NCBI RefSeq assembly: GCF_006345805.1
Contig: NC_043014.1
Span: 9,486,001 to 9,550,000 of the forward strand
Source: Octopus sinensis
Taxonomy: Eukaryota
Direction of reading: 5' to 3'
Length of the DNA: 64,000 nt
Positions 54,771 to 64,000 of the stretch are shown piece after piece (positions within the stretch are counted from its first letter, which is position 1; the number at the start of each line of letters is the position of its first letter). The notes beneath the pieces are model-generated. The model searched no databases. It had not been told where the DNA came from and saw only the letters and a list, made by a program, of their open reading frames with translations. The translations under genes were made by a program, and so were the position numbers.

Positions 54771-55216
54771 GCTTACCCTCTTTTTTCGCAAAATAGGGGC
54801 ACCTGATCTCGTTCAGGCTATATCATTAGCACTATCCTGCGTTTGAGAATAAATATATATATATAAAGGTGACGAGAAGACGGATTTGACATTACTGTTT
54901 AATTTTTACAACGATCGTTGCGACACATACTGCAACAGTCACTTTCGTGTGGGACTTCGTGAATTATGTTGTGTCGCATCGACTTCGCAGTCTGGGTCAC
55001 ATCAGCTACATCCAAACCCTGCCAGTGCTTTACTCAATTTATATGTCGATTAAGACACTAACCGACATACGTCCATTAGTCCAAACGATTACATATAAAG
55101 GGTGCAGTGTGTTAGACCGATAACCAGCTGTCGGAGAATCAGCCTAGGACTAAACTAGTAGTAACATTCAACACCCACTTCGATGTGGCAACTGACTTTT
55201 ATATATATATATATAT

Positions 55217-55276
55217 ATCCTTAAATCCTTAAAAATGTTTTAGCCCGAAGGCCGCGGCCATGCTGGGGCACCACCG

Positions 55277-55280
<4 letters not shown>
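55217..55280 (-). mobile_element. 64-bp extreme 3' end of the CR1-like LINE inside (TA)n
   Basis: Near-identical to 3184-3250. Confidence 0.9.
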
Positions 55281-55317
<37 letters not shown>

Positions 55318-55353
55318 TATATATATATAAATATATATATAAATATATATATA

Positions 55354-55805
55354 ATCTTTTCGTGCAAGAATGTTTATGTTCCTATAAACTGTGTTAATTC
55401 TGTAACCCTTTAAAATGGAAGATAAGAAAGTTTATTTTCGGCACTTGATGCTTTTCCTTTTCTGTAAAGGGAAAATGCCTCGCAAGCAACCAAAGAAATA
55501 TGCGCAGTTTACGGTGATGTTTCTTTATCCGAAAAAACTCTACGGAAGTGGATCGCAAGGTTCCGAGCTGGAGATTGTAGCTTTATTGATAAAGAGCGAT
55601 CATGCAAACCATTCACTGCAGATGATGACCAAATGAAGTCATTAATTGAGAATAACCCACATTGCACAACTCGAGAATTGGGAGAGAGCCTCACCCTATC
55701 AAAATCCGTCGTTCATGAGCACCTGGTAAAGCTTGGGTAATGGCAAGTATTTATTGACCTTTTTCTTTCCTTTAAAAATCGGCACGAACTTTCCGGACAA
55801 CCCAA
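55354..55805 (+). mobile_element. Mariner derivative (family of 11114) keeping only the N-terminal DNA-binding region and right TIR
   Basis: MEDKKVYFRHLMLFLFCKGK(-1)ASQATKEICAVYGD...KWIARFRAGD...TTRELGESL..SKSVVHEHLVKLG*; TIR plus TA at 55806. Confidence 0.9.
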
Positions 55806-56534
55806 TATTCTGCTGGTTGAATATGTGATGTCACCCTAAGCTTTAAAGACACTCGCGTGTAATTTGAGTTTTTTATGAAACAGTTGAACCGGGTTCAATA
55901 TCACACAATTTCACAAATAAGCTAAGAATATATTGTTAACAAATCCGACGCAAGATATTTAGCTTAAAACATTGGGCTATAGGATATGATACACATCATG
56001 TCAAGTTATAAACGGATCTACACGTTCAAGAAAATAATGGAGTTAAAATATCGCTTTTATCTATGAGTTTTGTATCGGTAAGAAAATATGGAATCGGTTT
56101 CTCTTTTGAAATATTGTTCTTTAGACAATATTTTCTGATGTGAATATTCAACAAACGCCTTTTGTCATTGTTTTGTTTACCTTTTCATAGAAGTGTGTAA
56201 TGAATGTTAAGATTTATGCTGGAGTTCTAGAACAGTGATACACATTGTAATGGTTAACATTCCGTTTTGCTTTAAATTTTCTTTCCCTTTTACAATTAAA
56301 TGAAAAAGTATTGACAAACTAACAATAAATCTCTGAGTGAAGTATAAACACTAGCACCACGACATTGTGAAGTATATTTGTCACCTAAATGTGGCTAACC
56401 CTTAAGGTTCGATGCTACTGTAGCTTGTAACCCCAGAGAGACATCTCCTCCAGCTGGCTATTGACACACTATCTGTGCCCTATCAGTATTTGTAAAGGGA
56501 AGCCATCATTCCCATCTCCAACCTGACGTAATAT

Positions 56535-56577
56535 ACACGGACCCGAGTTTCTGGGTATTGACCCTTCGTCAGCGTGT
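56535..56577 (-). ncRNA. Minimal type-I hammerhead with A.A at the base of helix II
   Basis: ACACG-CTGACGA-A-GGGT-CAAT-ACCC-A-GAAA-C-TCGG-GTC^CGTGT. Confidence 0.62.
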
Positions 56578-56615
56578 GACAACCGACTGCTGTCGAAGGG
56601 AAGTGGTTCTCAATG

Positions 56616-56666
<51 letters not shown>

Positions 56667-57066
56667 CTTTTTTTCAGTGACCAGAAGTCACTGATCTCGA
56701 AAAAGAGGAAAAACTGGATCACTGTTATTAATCGCCTACTTGTGAGTAGAATCTCTGATTAGTAAATGTTTTCTGAGCGACATAGACTGCCGAAAGAACA
56801 ATTACAGTTCACTGCAGTTTTTAATTATTTATGGGTTCTTAATTTGGGTGCATTGAAATAGCGATTGATTGTCCAAAATAGTGAGTGGACGATTAAGAGA
56901 ATAGATTTATCAATTAACATTTTTATATCCAATCCTATAAATAAATTGTCAATATGGCTTTCCTTTACACAATCCTGCTATCGAATCACCATAAAGGTTC
57001 TTAAAAATCTAGTTTGAAATGCTTCTCAAAGAATTACATAACTTACGAAAAGGAGGAGGAGGAGCA

Positions 57067-57392
57067 GACCCCCATTGGTCAAGAATGAACATGAGATTGC
57101 ACCTAGAAAGTTACCCTCCGAGGCACAAGTCCGGGCAAGATTGTTTGTGGAAGGTCAGCAGCCGCCCATGTATATAAGCCTCGCCACACCACTGATGTTA
57201 TCCAAGGGAAAGGCAAAGGGGCCGATACAGCTTAGCACCAGTGACGTAACATCTCATTTCTACAGCAGAGTTAACTGGAGCAACGTGAAATAAAGTGTCT
57301 TGCTCAAGAACGCAACACACAGCCCGATCCGGGAATCGAACTCACAAACTAACGATTCTAAGCTCGACGCTCTAACCACTGAGTGATGCGCA
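57067..57392 (-). mobile_element. SINE family D, full length
   Basis: Matches the 24388 copy. Confidence 0.88.
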
Positions 57393-57934
57393 TTCACACT
57401 TACGAAAAAACTTATTCATTAATTGTGATTACCATTTCCTGAAGCATCTCCATTTGCAACTAATAAGATATGGTTTGGTTTAATAGATACAAAGCACGAC
57501 CATACTCTTATACAAACACGGAAAGCGAAAAAGATCAGTAGTGCAGCTTCAATCACCAAGTTACCACTCGAACAGGTAAAACATTTGTTTGCTTTTAAAC
57601 TCATGACCGAACACTACAGATATTACATCTTCCTTAGAGCCAAAAAATAAAAAACAAAAAAAAAAACAGGAATTTGATGTTGGGTTTTTTCGATTATATC
57701 GAATCTAATACTTGATTAATTTTGTTTAAATCTTAGAAATTATTCATAGGAAATATATTAAATTCTCTATTACTATTATCTCGACATCAAAATTGAAATA
57801 GAAAGATATTTAAAAGAACACTGTCTGTGCTGATATATGAGAAAGACATTTTTAAGAATATTGCTAGGAATGTCTGAAAAGATACAGGTAAGAAAGACAA
57901 GAAATGGCAGCCAATGATACGAGAGTGACGTGAA

Positions 57935-58343
57935 AGAATATCTATTTCTTTACTACCCACAAGGGGCTAAACAAGGAGAGAAAAACTGGTTAAGTTGATT
58001 GCATCGACCCCAGTGCGTAACAGGTACTTATTTAATCGACCCCGGAAGGATGAAAGGCAAAATAGACCTCGGCAGAATTCGAACTCAGAACATAGCAACG
58101 GGCTAAATACCTATTTCTTTACTACCCACAAGGGGATAAACACAGAGAGGACAAACAAGGACAGACAAACGGATTAAGTCGATTACATCGACCACAGTGC
58201 GTAACTGGTACTTATTTAATCGACCCCGAAAGGATGAAAGGAAAAATTGACCTCGTCAGAATTTGAACCTAGAACGTAGCGGCAGACGAAATACTGCTAA
58301 GCATTTCGCCCAGCGTGCTAACGATTCTGCCAGCCCGCCGCCT
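57935..58343 (-). mobile_element. SINE family C with duplicated body
   Basis: Junction GAAATAG|GTATTT near 58110. Confidence 0.88.
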
Positions 58344-58582
58344 TATGACGTTGACGTGAAAGAATATCTTTTAAGAAGTTGCGTTTCTGATAGCAATTTG
58401 AGAGATCAAATCAATGTTTTTTTAAAGAAAGGAAATGTGCATACGCCTAGTATTTCTCTTGGGATTGTGCTACGCATATGAGGACCTTACTTTTGACTTC
58501 AAGAAGTTGTAATGCCTTCCAAGTGTTCATTTCTGTCTACTGTTTACCAATGGTGATAGAAAATGTAAAACATTTGCTAATT

Positions 58583-58912
58583 ATGTTGTTGTATTTAGGA
58601 ATGGTCATTTTGCCAGTTTAACCAATAAAAACACACGCACTATATATTTGGTGTTAGTAAGGAGACGCACACAAATAAGAAAGAAGAAAGCAAAGGACCA
58701 CTGATGAGGTCACAGAAGTGTGACGAAAGAACTCTGGCCGAAATAAGATTAAGATTAATGTAGAAAATAAAATAAAGCTGAAGCAAATTAATACCAAATA
58801 TATAGTGCGTGTGTTTTTTATTGTCTAAAGTGGCAAAATGACCATTCCTAAATACACCAACATCTGTTTCAACACACGATTTCACATCAAGAATCTTGCA
58901 AAACAAATATAT
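58583..58912 (+). mobile_element. Penelope-like terminus: ~70-bp inverted arms around a spacer holding a hammerhead
   Basis: 58583-58652 pairs with 58793-58863; 3' extension shared with 9723 and 12378. Confidence 0.75.
58695..58740 (+). ncRNA. Minimal type-I hammerhead
   Basis: GGACCA-CTGATGA-G-GTCAC-AGAAGT-GTGAC-GAAA-GAAC-TC^TGGCC; helix I has 3 bp, a mismatch, then 1 bp. Confidence 0.65.
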
Positions 58913-59482
58913 AAACCTAATTTACTAATTATATCGTACACATTTACTAATTATAGAGTAAACGAATTTGCTACAGTATTAAACATACGGAGAGATATGA
59001 TACAAATTGCTAATTGGAAGACTTCAAAACCAATATCTTAAGGCTCTCATATTGGACTGTCATGTTTAACTAGAGTACCTATAAGTAGTTTTTTAGTATT
59101 TTTAGGTACCAAGCTATAATTCTCTGTATATCAATAAATCTGCATGGCTGTGCGTAATTTACCAATAATGCAGGAAGCACATTAAATCAGTGGCGACAAA
59201 CTTAATTAGTTCGTTGTCACAGTCCACCTAGGAAATCATGTGAGAATATATTTATAGATGCCAGTGCCTCTGAGACTATATTCAGGCGACATCTATGTGT
59301 GGATAAAAAAACAACAACGACAACAGGAGCAACAACAATTAAAAGAAAACGCCATATAAATATATAGGTGTTACAGTGTGCCACCTGCATTGCTGATCCT
59401 AAGTAAATATTTTCAAGAGAGCATGAGGAATATGTTGCTAATAAAGGACTGATATCCTCTATATCACAATAACAAGAGCAGT

Positions 59483-59868
59483 GCAGGCGCAATGGCCCAG
59501 TGGTTAGGGCAGCGGACTCGCGGTCGGAGGATCGTGTTTTCCATTCCCAGGCCGAGCGTTGTTTGTGTTTATTGAGCGAAAACACCTGAAGCTCCACGAG
59601 TCTCCGGCAGGGGATGGTGGCGACCCCGGCTGTACTCTTTCGCTCCAGCTTTCACTCACTCTTTCTTCTTCCTGTTTCTTGTCCCCGACTTGCTACGCAA
59701 CCGCTGAGCCTGGATGCACATCCATCCATGCGTCGATGCTCTCGGTGTCGGGGGTTGACCTGCTTTGTCTTCTGCGGGTCTTACGAATAGCAAAGGACCA
59801 CGTTTCGGACTTCTCCCACTACAGACTGGGACGAAGACCGCTTCGCTCAACAAACAAACAACAACACC
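59483..59868 (+). mobile_element. SINE family A with tail type 3
   Basis: Family A head and central domain; unrelated 3' half ending CGCTCAACAAACAAACAACAAC. Confidence 0.85.
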
Positions 59869-60027
59869 AAAGGATTGAAACCTCCGAATCCTCACGGTTA
59901 GTGACATATTCAGGGTAACTTTTGGAAAAAGTGAAACGGCATCCTTTTGGAAAATAAAGTCACATGGTCTATACATAAAATTTGTCTTGAGTGCAGTTTG
60001 ATTAAATGTGCCGGATACACGAGAGAA

Positions 60028-60140
60028 AAAGGATTCTAATCATTTATATAAAATCCGTTCTGTGTGTGTGTGTGTGTATCTTCTAGGATCTCGGGCATCC
60101 TCCATCCGTGTACAAGTCTTGAAAAAATTACGAAAATCGA
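60028..60140 (+). mobile_element. Possible Helitron-type 5' end
   Basis: TCTAATCATTTATATAAAA...(TG)n...ATCTCGGGCATCC resembles the other Helitron starts; no 3' end found. Confidence 0.3.
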
Positions 60141-60597
60141 TTCCAGGTGAGAATGCGATCGATAAAGCCGTGGGAACGTGCATTTGTACGCGCAAGTGCA
60201 TCAGCCGTTGCGATGTACTTACTGGTACTTTAAACTCTTCGGTTGCATATTAGTGTGAATAAAATCGTTTTTCTTTGGAATAGAAAAAATTCTATCTTTA
60301 TTTCTTCTTTTACTGGTGTCTCAAATTTAGGTTAAATCAGTGTTTCTCAAAGGGGAGGCCTATGGGACAGTCGGACAAGTTGTTTTGAGAAAATTTGGTT
60401 TAAATGTTTGACAACTCAGCACCGTCCATTGGACGGGAGGCGTTATGCTCGTATATAGTATAAATGTAAATTACAGATTAATAAGTATGAAATTTTTTTA
60501 CGAAGGTTAGCCTAAGGAAAATGAACGAAAGTTAATTAAATCTGTGACTATTTTTAAATGAATACAGGGCAGAAAGTGAAAAATTAATTTGAACATA

Positions 60598-60762
60598 GGC
60601 GCAGGAGTGGCTGTGTGGTAAGTAGCTTGTCTACCAACCACATGGTTCCGGGTTCAGTCCCACTGCGTGGCACCTTGGGCAAGTTTCTTCTACTATAGCA
60701 TCGGGCCGACCAAAGCCTTGTGAGTGGATTTGGTAGACGGAAACTGAAAGAAGCCTGTCGTA

Positions 60763-60828
<66 letters not shown>

Positions 60829-61053
60829 GTGCGTGTGTGTGTTTGTGTGTATGTGTTTGTCCCCTAGCATTGCTTGACAACCGATGCTGGTGTGTTTATG
60901 TCCCCGTTACTTAGCGGTTCGGCAAAAAGGACCGATAGAATAAGTACTGGGCTTACAAAAGAATAAGTCCCGGGTTCGAGTTGCTCGATTAAAGGCGGTA
61001 CTCCAGCATGGCCGCAGTCAAATGACTGAAACAAGTAAAAGAGTAAAAGAGAG
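60598..61053 (+). mobile_element. SINE family B, full length, near consensus
   Basis: GGCGCAGGAGTGGCTGTG to GTAAAAGAGTAAAAGAG. Confidence 0.93.
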
Positions 61054-61092
61054 AGTTTCTTCCAAGTAAAGATGTACAAACTGTGGACAGTA

Positions 61093-61288
61093 GGCTCAGG
61101 GGCGGTTGTGTGATAAGAGGCTTATTCCCAAACATATGGTTCCTGGTTCAGTCCCACTGCGTGGTACCTGGAGCAAGTGTCTTCTACTAAAGCGGACGGA
61201 CGAAAGCCTAGTGAGAGGATTTGGTAGACGGAAACTGAGAGAAGCCTGTCGTATAAATGTGTCCGTGTGTGTGTGTGTGTGTGTGTTT
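61093..61288 (+). mobile_element. SINE family B, 5' half
   Basis: Diverged head to CTGTCGTATA plus (TG)n. Confidence 0.8.
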
Positions 61289-61289
61289 G

Positions 61290-61424
61290 ACAGCGGAGTG
61301 GACTGGAACAACGTGAAATGAAGTGTTTTTGCTCAAGAACGCAACGCGTCGCCCGGTCCAGGAATCGAAACCACAATCTTACGATCATGATGCCGACACC
61401 CTAACCACTAAGTCACGCGCCTCC
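61290..61424 (-). mobile_element. SINE family D, 5' part
   Basis: Head GGAGGCGCGTGACTTAGTGGTTAGGG, TTCTTGAGCAAAAACACTT. Confidence 0.82.
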
Positions 61425-61917
61425 ACTTACATTCAGTTAGAGGAAAACTAAATACATAGAAAATTTTAAACTGAAAAATGTGTTAAAAAATGACATATCT
61501 GAGTGCAGCTCTCATATGCATATTAAGTTATAAATATTTGAATACTTTTCATACATTTTGCAAAACATACAAATACACGCATATATACTGTGAAAAACAA
61601 GAATTTCTGCATTTGCCGCCTGATACTTCCACGCTACTGCTAAACTTGATTTGCAAGCTGCGAACGCTAAAAGAAGTTACTGAAAATTTAAATGAATTAA
61701 AACTTGATTTTCACTGACTTCCTGCAAACGTTATTTACTCTTACAGTAATTTATTTAGTAATAATTATAAAACTGCAGTTTTCGTTAGTCAACGTGGACT
61801 ACGAAATGGAAAACTCATAGATGTTACTGCAGCTGCTTGGGCGTCACTCATCCTGCCACATTTACCTGTTTATATTTGCATTGTATTAAATCATCGTTCA
61901 ACGAATGAACTAGTGAC

Positions 61918-62343
61918 GGATCTTTTCGGTTTGAACGGCAGTTTTTTCTAGCGGTGTCATATGAAATTGTCACCCATAATTATAACCCTAGAATCGATCT
62001 ATTGCATGTCAATCTCTTTTAGGGTTAGGGTTAGAGTTAGGGTTAGGGGTGGGGGAAGGGTATATTTTTTTCTTCACAAATGTAAATAAACCCAATCTGT
62101 TTCTTAAACGAGGGACATATTCATACGGCACAGAATGTTGTTTACCTCAATAGACGTCACTGATTGGTTGAAATTGCAGAAATCGAAGAAAAAACAACAA
62201 ATATCTTACAAACTATAGAATTTTCTCAATAAAGCCAAGAGAAAAAGATGTTTTATAAACACATTCTACCAGTATACGAAGTTTAAAATTTTTTAGTTAC
62301 CTAGAAATTATGTTAAAAACTGCCGTTCAAACCGAAAAAGTCC
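61918..62343. mobile_element. Merlin-like MITE with internal (TTAGGG)n
   Basis: 29-bp TIR starting GG; perfect 8-bp TSD CTAGTGAC at 61910 and 62344; TTAGGG repeats at 62019-62047. Confidence 0.85.
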
Positions 62344-62489
62344 CTAGTGACTTTTGTACTACGATTCTCCTGTTTTCTATTCTTCGGAAAGGTGCCATAA
62401 ACTAAAATATATTCAGCTGCGAAATCATAATGATTTCGCTATTCGCACAGGATTGGCAAACGATGTTGTTCTATTATGCCCTGAAAGAC

Positions 62490-62720
62490 GGCGAGTTGGC
62501 AGAGTCGTTAGCACGCCGAGCAAACTATTTAGCGGTATGTCATCCGTTTTCAGATTTTGAGTTCAAATCCCTCCGAAATCAACTTTCCTTTCTATCCTTT
62601 TGAATCGATAAATTATGTACCAGACTTAATCTTTCTTTCAACTTACTGACCTTGTGCCAAAATCGGAAGCCAACATCTCTTATGGCCTGAAAAATTGAAC
62701 TTCTGCACTTGTAATTCAAA
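62490..62720 (+). mobile_element. Old SINE family C
   Basis: GGCGAGTTGGCAGAGTCGTTAGCACGCCG...GAGTTCAAAT. Confidence 0.7.
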
Positions 62721-63227
62721 ACTAACTGGTATACTAGTAGACGAAATATTTGCTTTGATTTCAATCATAAAGAACCCCTTTGCTTCGAAATATTAAATAG
62801 ATTCGTAGATATATGATTCTTTATTCCCATTTGAAAATCCGGAAACAGCTGTCACTGAAGCGGTAAGAGACGACGTTTTGAAAACTGAAACATCCTAATT
62901 ATAGTATAATTATATTTCGTGAATTATCACAGGTGCATTCTGCCCCATAATCACACCTCTAGATTAATCACCGGTATAGATCGTTTCAAAAATAAGGAAA
63001 ATGCACAAGTCAAGTTCTAAATGTTTGCAAGTATCTAATCAACCCGTGAAAATACTTATCCTCCCTGAGACACGACTCCGTGTAACGTCAATATTGAACA
63101 ACTAGATCATTGATTTCACCCTTCCTCGAACACCTCTTAAGAGAGTTCATTGGCACTAATTGTTCCGAAATTTCACTCATCGAAAATATAATATGGGACT
63201 GGTCATGTAAGTCTATACGAACAGGAT

Positions 63228-63772
63228 GGATGGAAGCACTCCGCCGGTTACGACGATGAGGGTTCCGGTTGATCCGAATCAACGGAACAGCCTGCTCGTG
63301 AAATTGGAATGGAAGCACTCCGTCGGTTACGACGACGAGGGTTCCGGTTGATCCGAATCAACGGAACGGCCTGCTCGTGAAATTGGAATGGAAGCACTCC
63401 GTCGGTTACGAAGACGAGGGTTCCGGTTGATCCGAATCAACGGAACAGCCTGCTCGTGAAATTAACGTGTAAGTGGCTGAGCACTCCACAGACACGTGTA
63501 CCCTTAACGTAGTTCTCGGGGATATTCAGCGTGACACAGAGAGTGACAAGGCCGGCCCCTTGAAATACAGGTACAACAGAAACAGGAAGTAAGAGTGAGA
63601 GAGAGTTGTGGTGAAAGAGTACAGCAGGGATCACCACCATCCCCTGCCGGAGCTTCGTGGGGCTTTTAGGTGTTTTCGGTCAATAAACACTCACAACGCC
63701 CGGTCTGGGAATCGAAACTGCGATCCTATGACCGCGAGTCCGCTGCTCTAACCACTGGGCCATTGCGCCTCC
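63228..63772 (-). mobile_element. SINE family A, tail type 1, last 79 bp triplicated
   Basis: GGAAGCACTCC at 63232, 63311, 63390; TSD ACGAACAGGAT at 63217 and 63775. Confidence 0.93.
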
Positions 63773-63842
63773 ACACGAACAGGATATCAATATCCGCAAT
63801 CATATAGACGATACGAAACGATATAGACTATAAACTAAAAGT

Positions 63843-64000
63843 AGCGAGCTTGCAGAATCATTACCGCTCCACACAAAAGGCTTAGCGGCATTTCGTCTGA
63901 CTTTATGTTCTGAGTTCAAATCACATCGAGGTCGACTTTACTTTCATCCTTTCGGGGACGATAAATTAAGTACCAGTTGAAAACTGAGATCGATGTAAAC
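63843..64000 (+). mobile_element. Old SINE family C, runs off the window
   Basis: GCGAGCTTGCAGAATC...GAGTTCAAAT...GAGGTCGACTT. Confidence 0.75.

Noticed and set aside
55125-55165. CTGTCGG...GGACTAAACTAGTA decayed hammerhead-like string
   Set aside because: Too many core changes to support.
63228-63470. Regular repeats resembling a CRISPR array (also 36745-37283)
   Set aside because: No unique spacers, units are SINE sequence, eukaryotic context.

Overview
Very AT-rich eukaryotic DNA, repeat-dominated and intergenic or intronic. The SINE families look like those of octopus (coleoid cephalopod); this is recognition from memory, not a database result. No host protein-coding gene, rRNA, intact tRNA or CRISPR array is supported, and most tracked ORFs are microsatellite read-throughs. 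Contents: four tRNA-derived SINE families (my labels A-D), 3' fragments of a CR1-like LINE and of RLE-type (R4/Dong/HERO-like) retrotransposons in (TAA)n, mariner deletion derivatives, non-autonomous Helitrons (one head-to-tail dimer), a hAT MITE, two Merlin-like MITEs with telomere-type repeats, and long microsatellites. Main unexplained signal: about nine minimal type-I hammerhead-ribozyme (HHR) motifs, five with a convincing core, in short unrelated Penelope-like pseudo-LTR-type fragments beside TA-rich tracts, often as long palindromes. They include a ~430-bp palindrome with one HHR on each strand and an HHR with a compensatory G3:C8 core swap inside a 205-bp insert with a 13-bp TSD. All folds were made by eye and need computational and biochemical checking.
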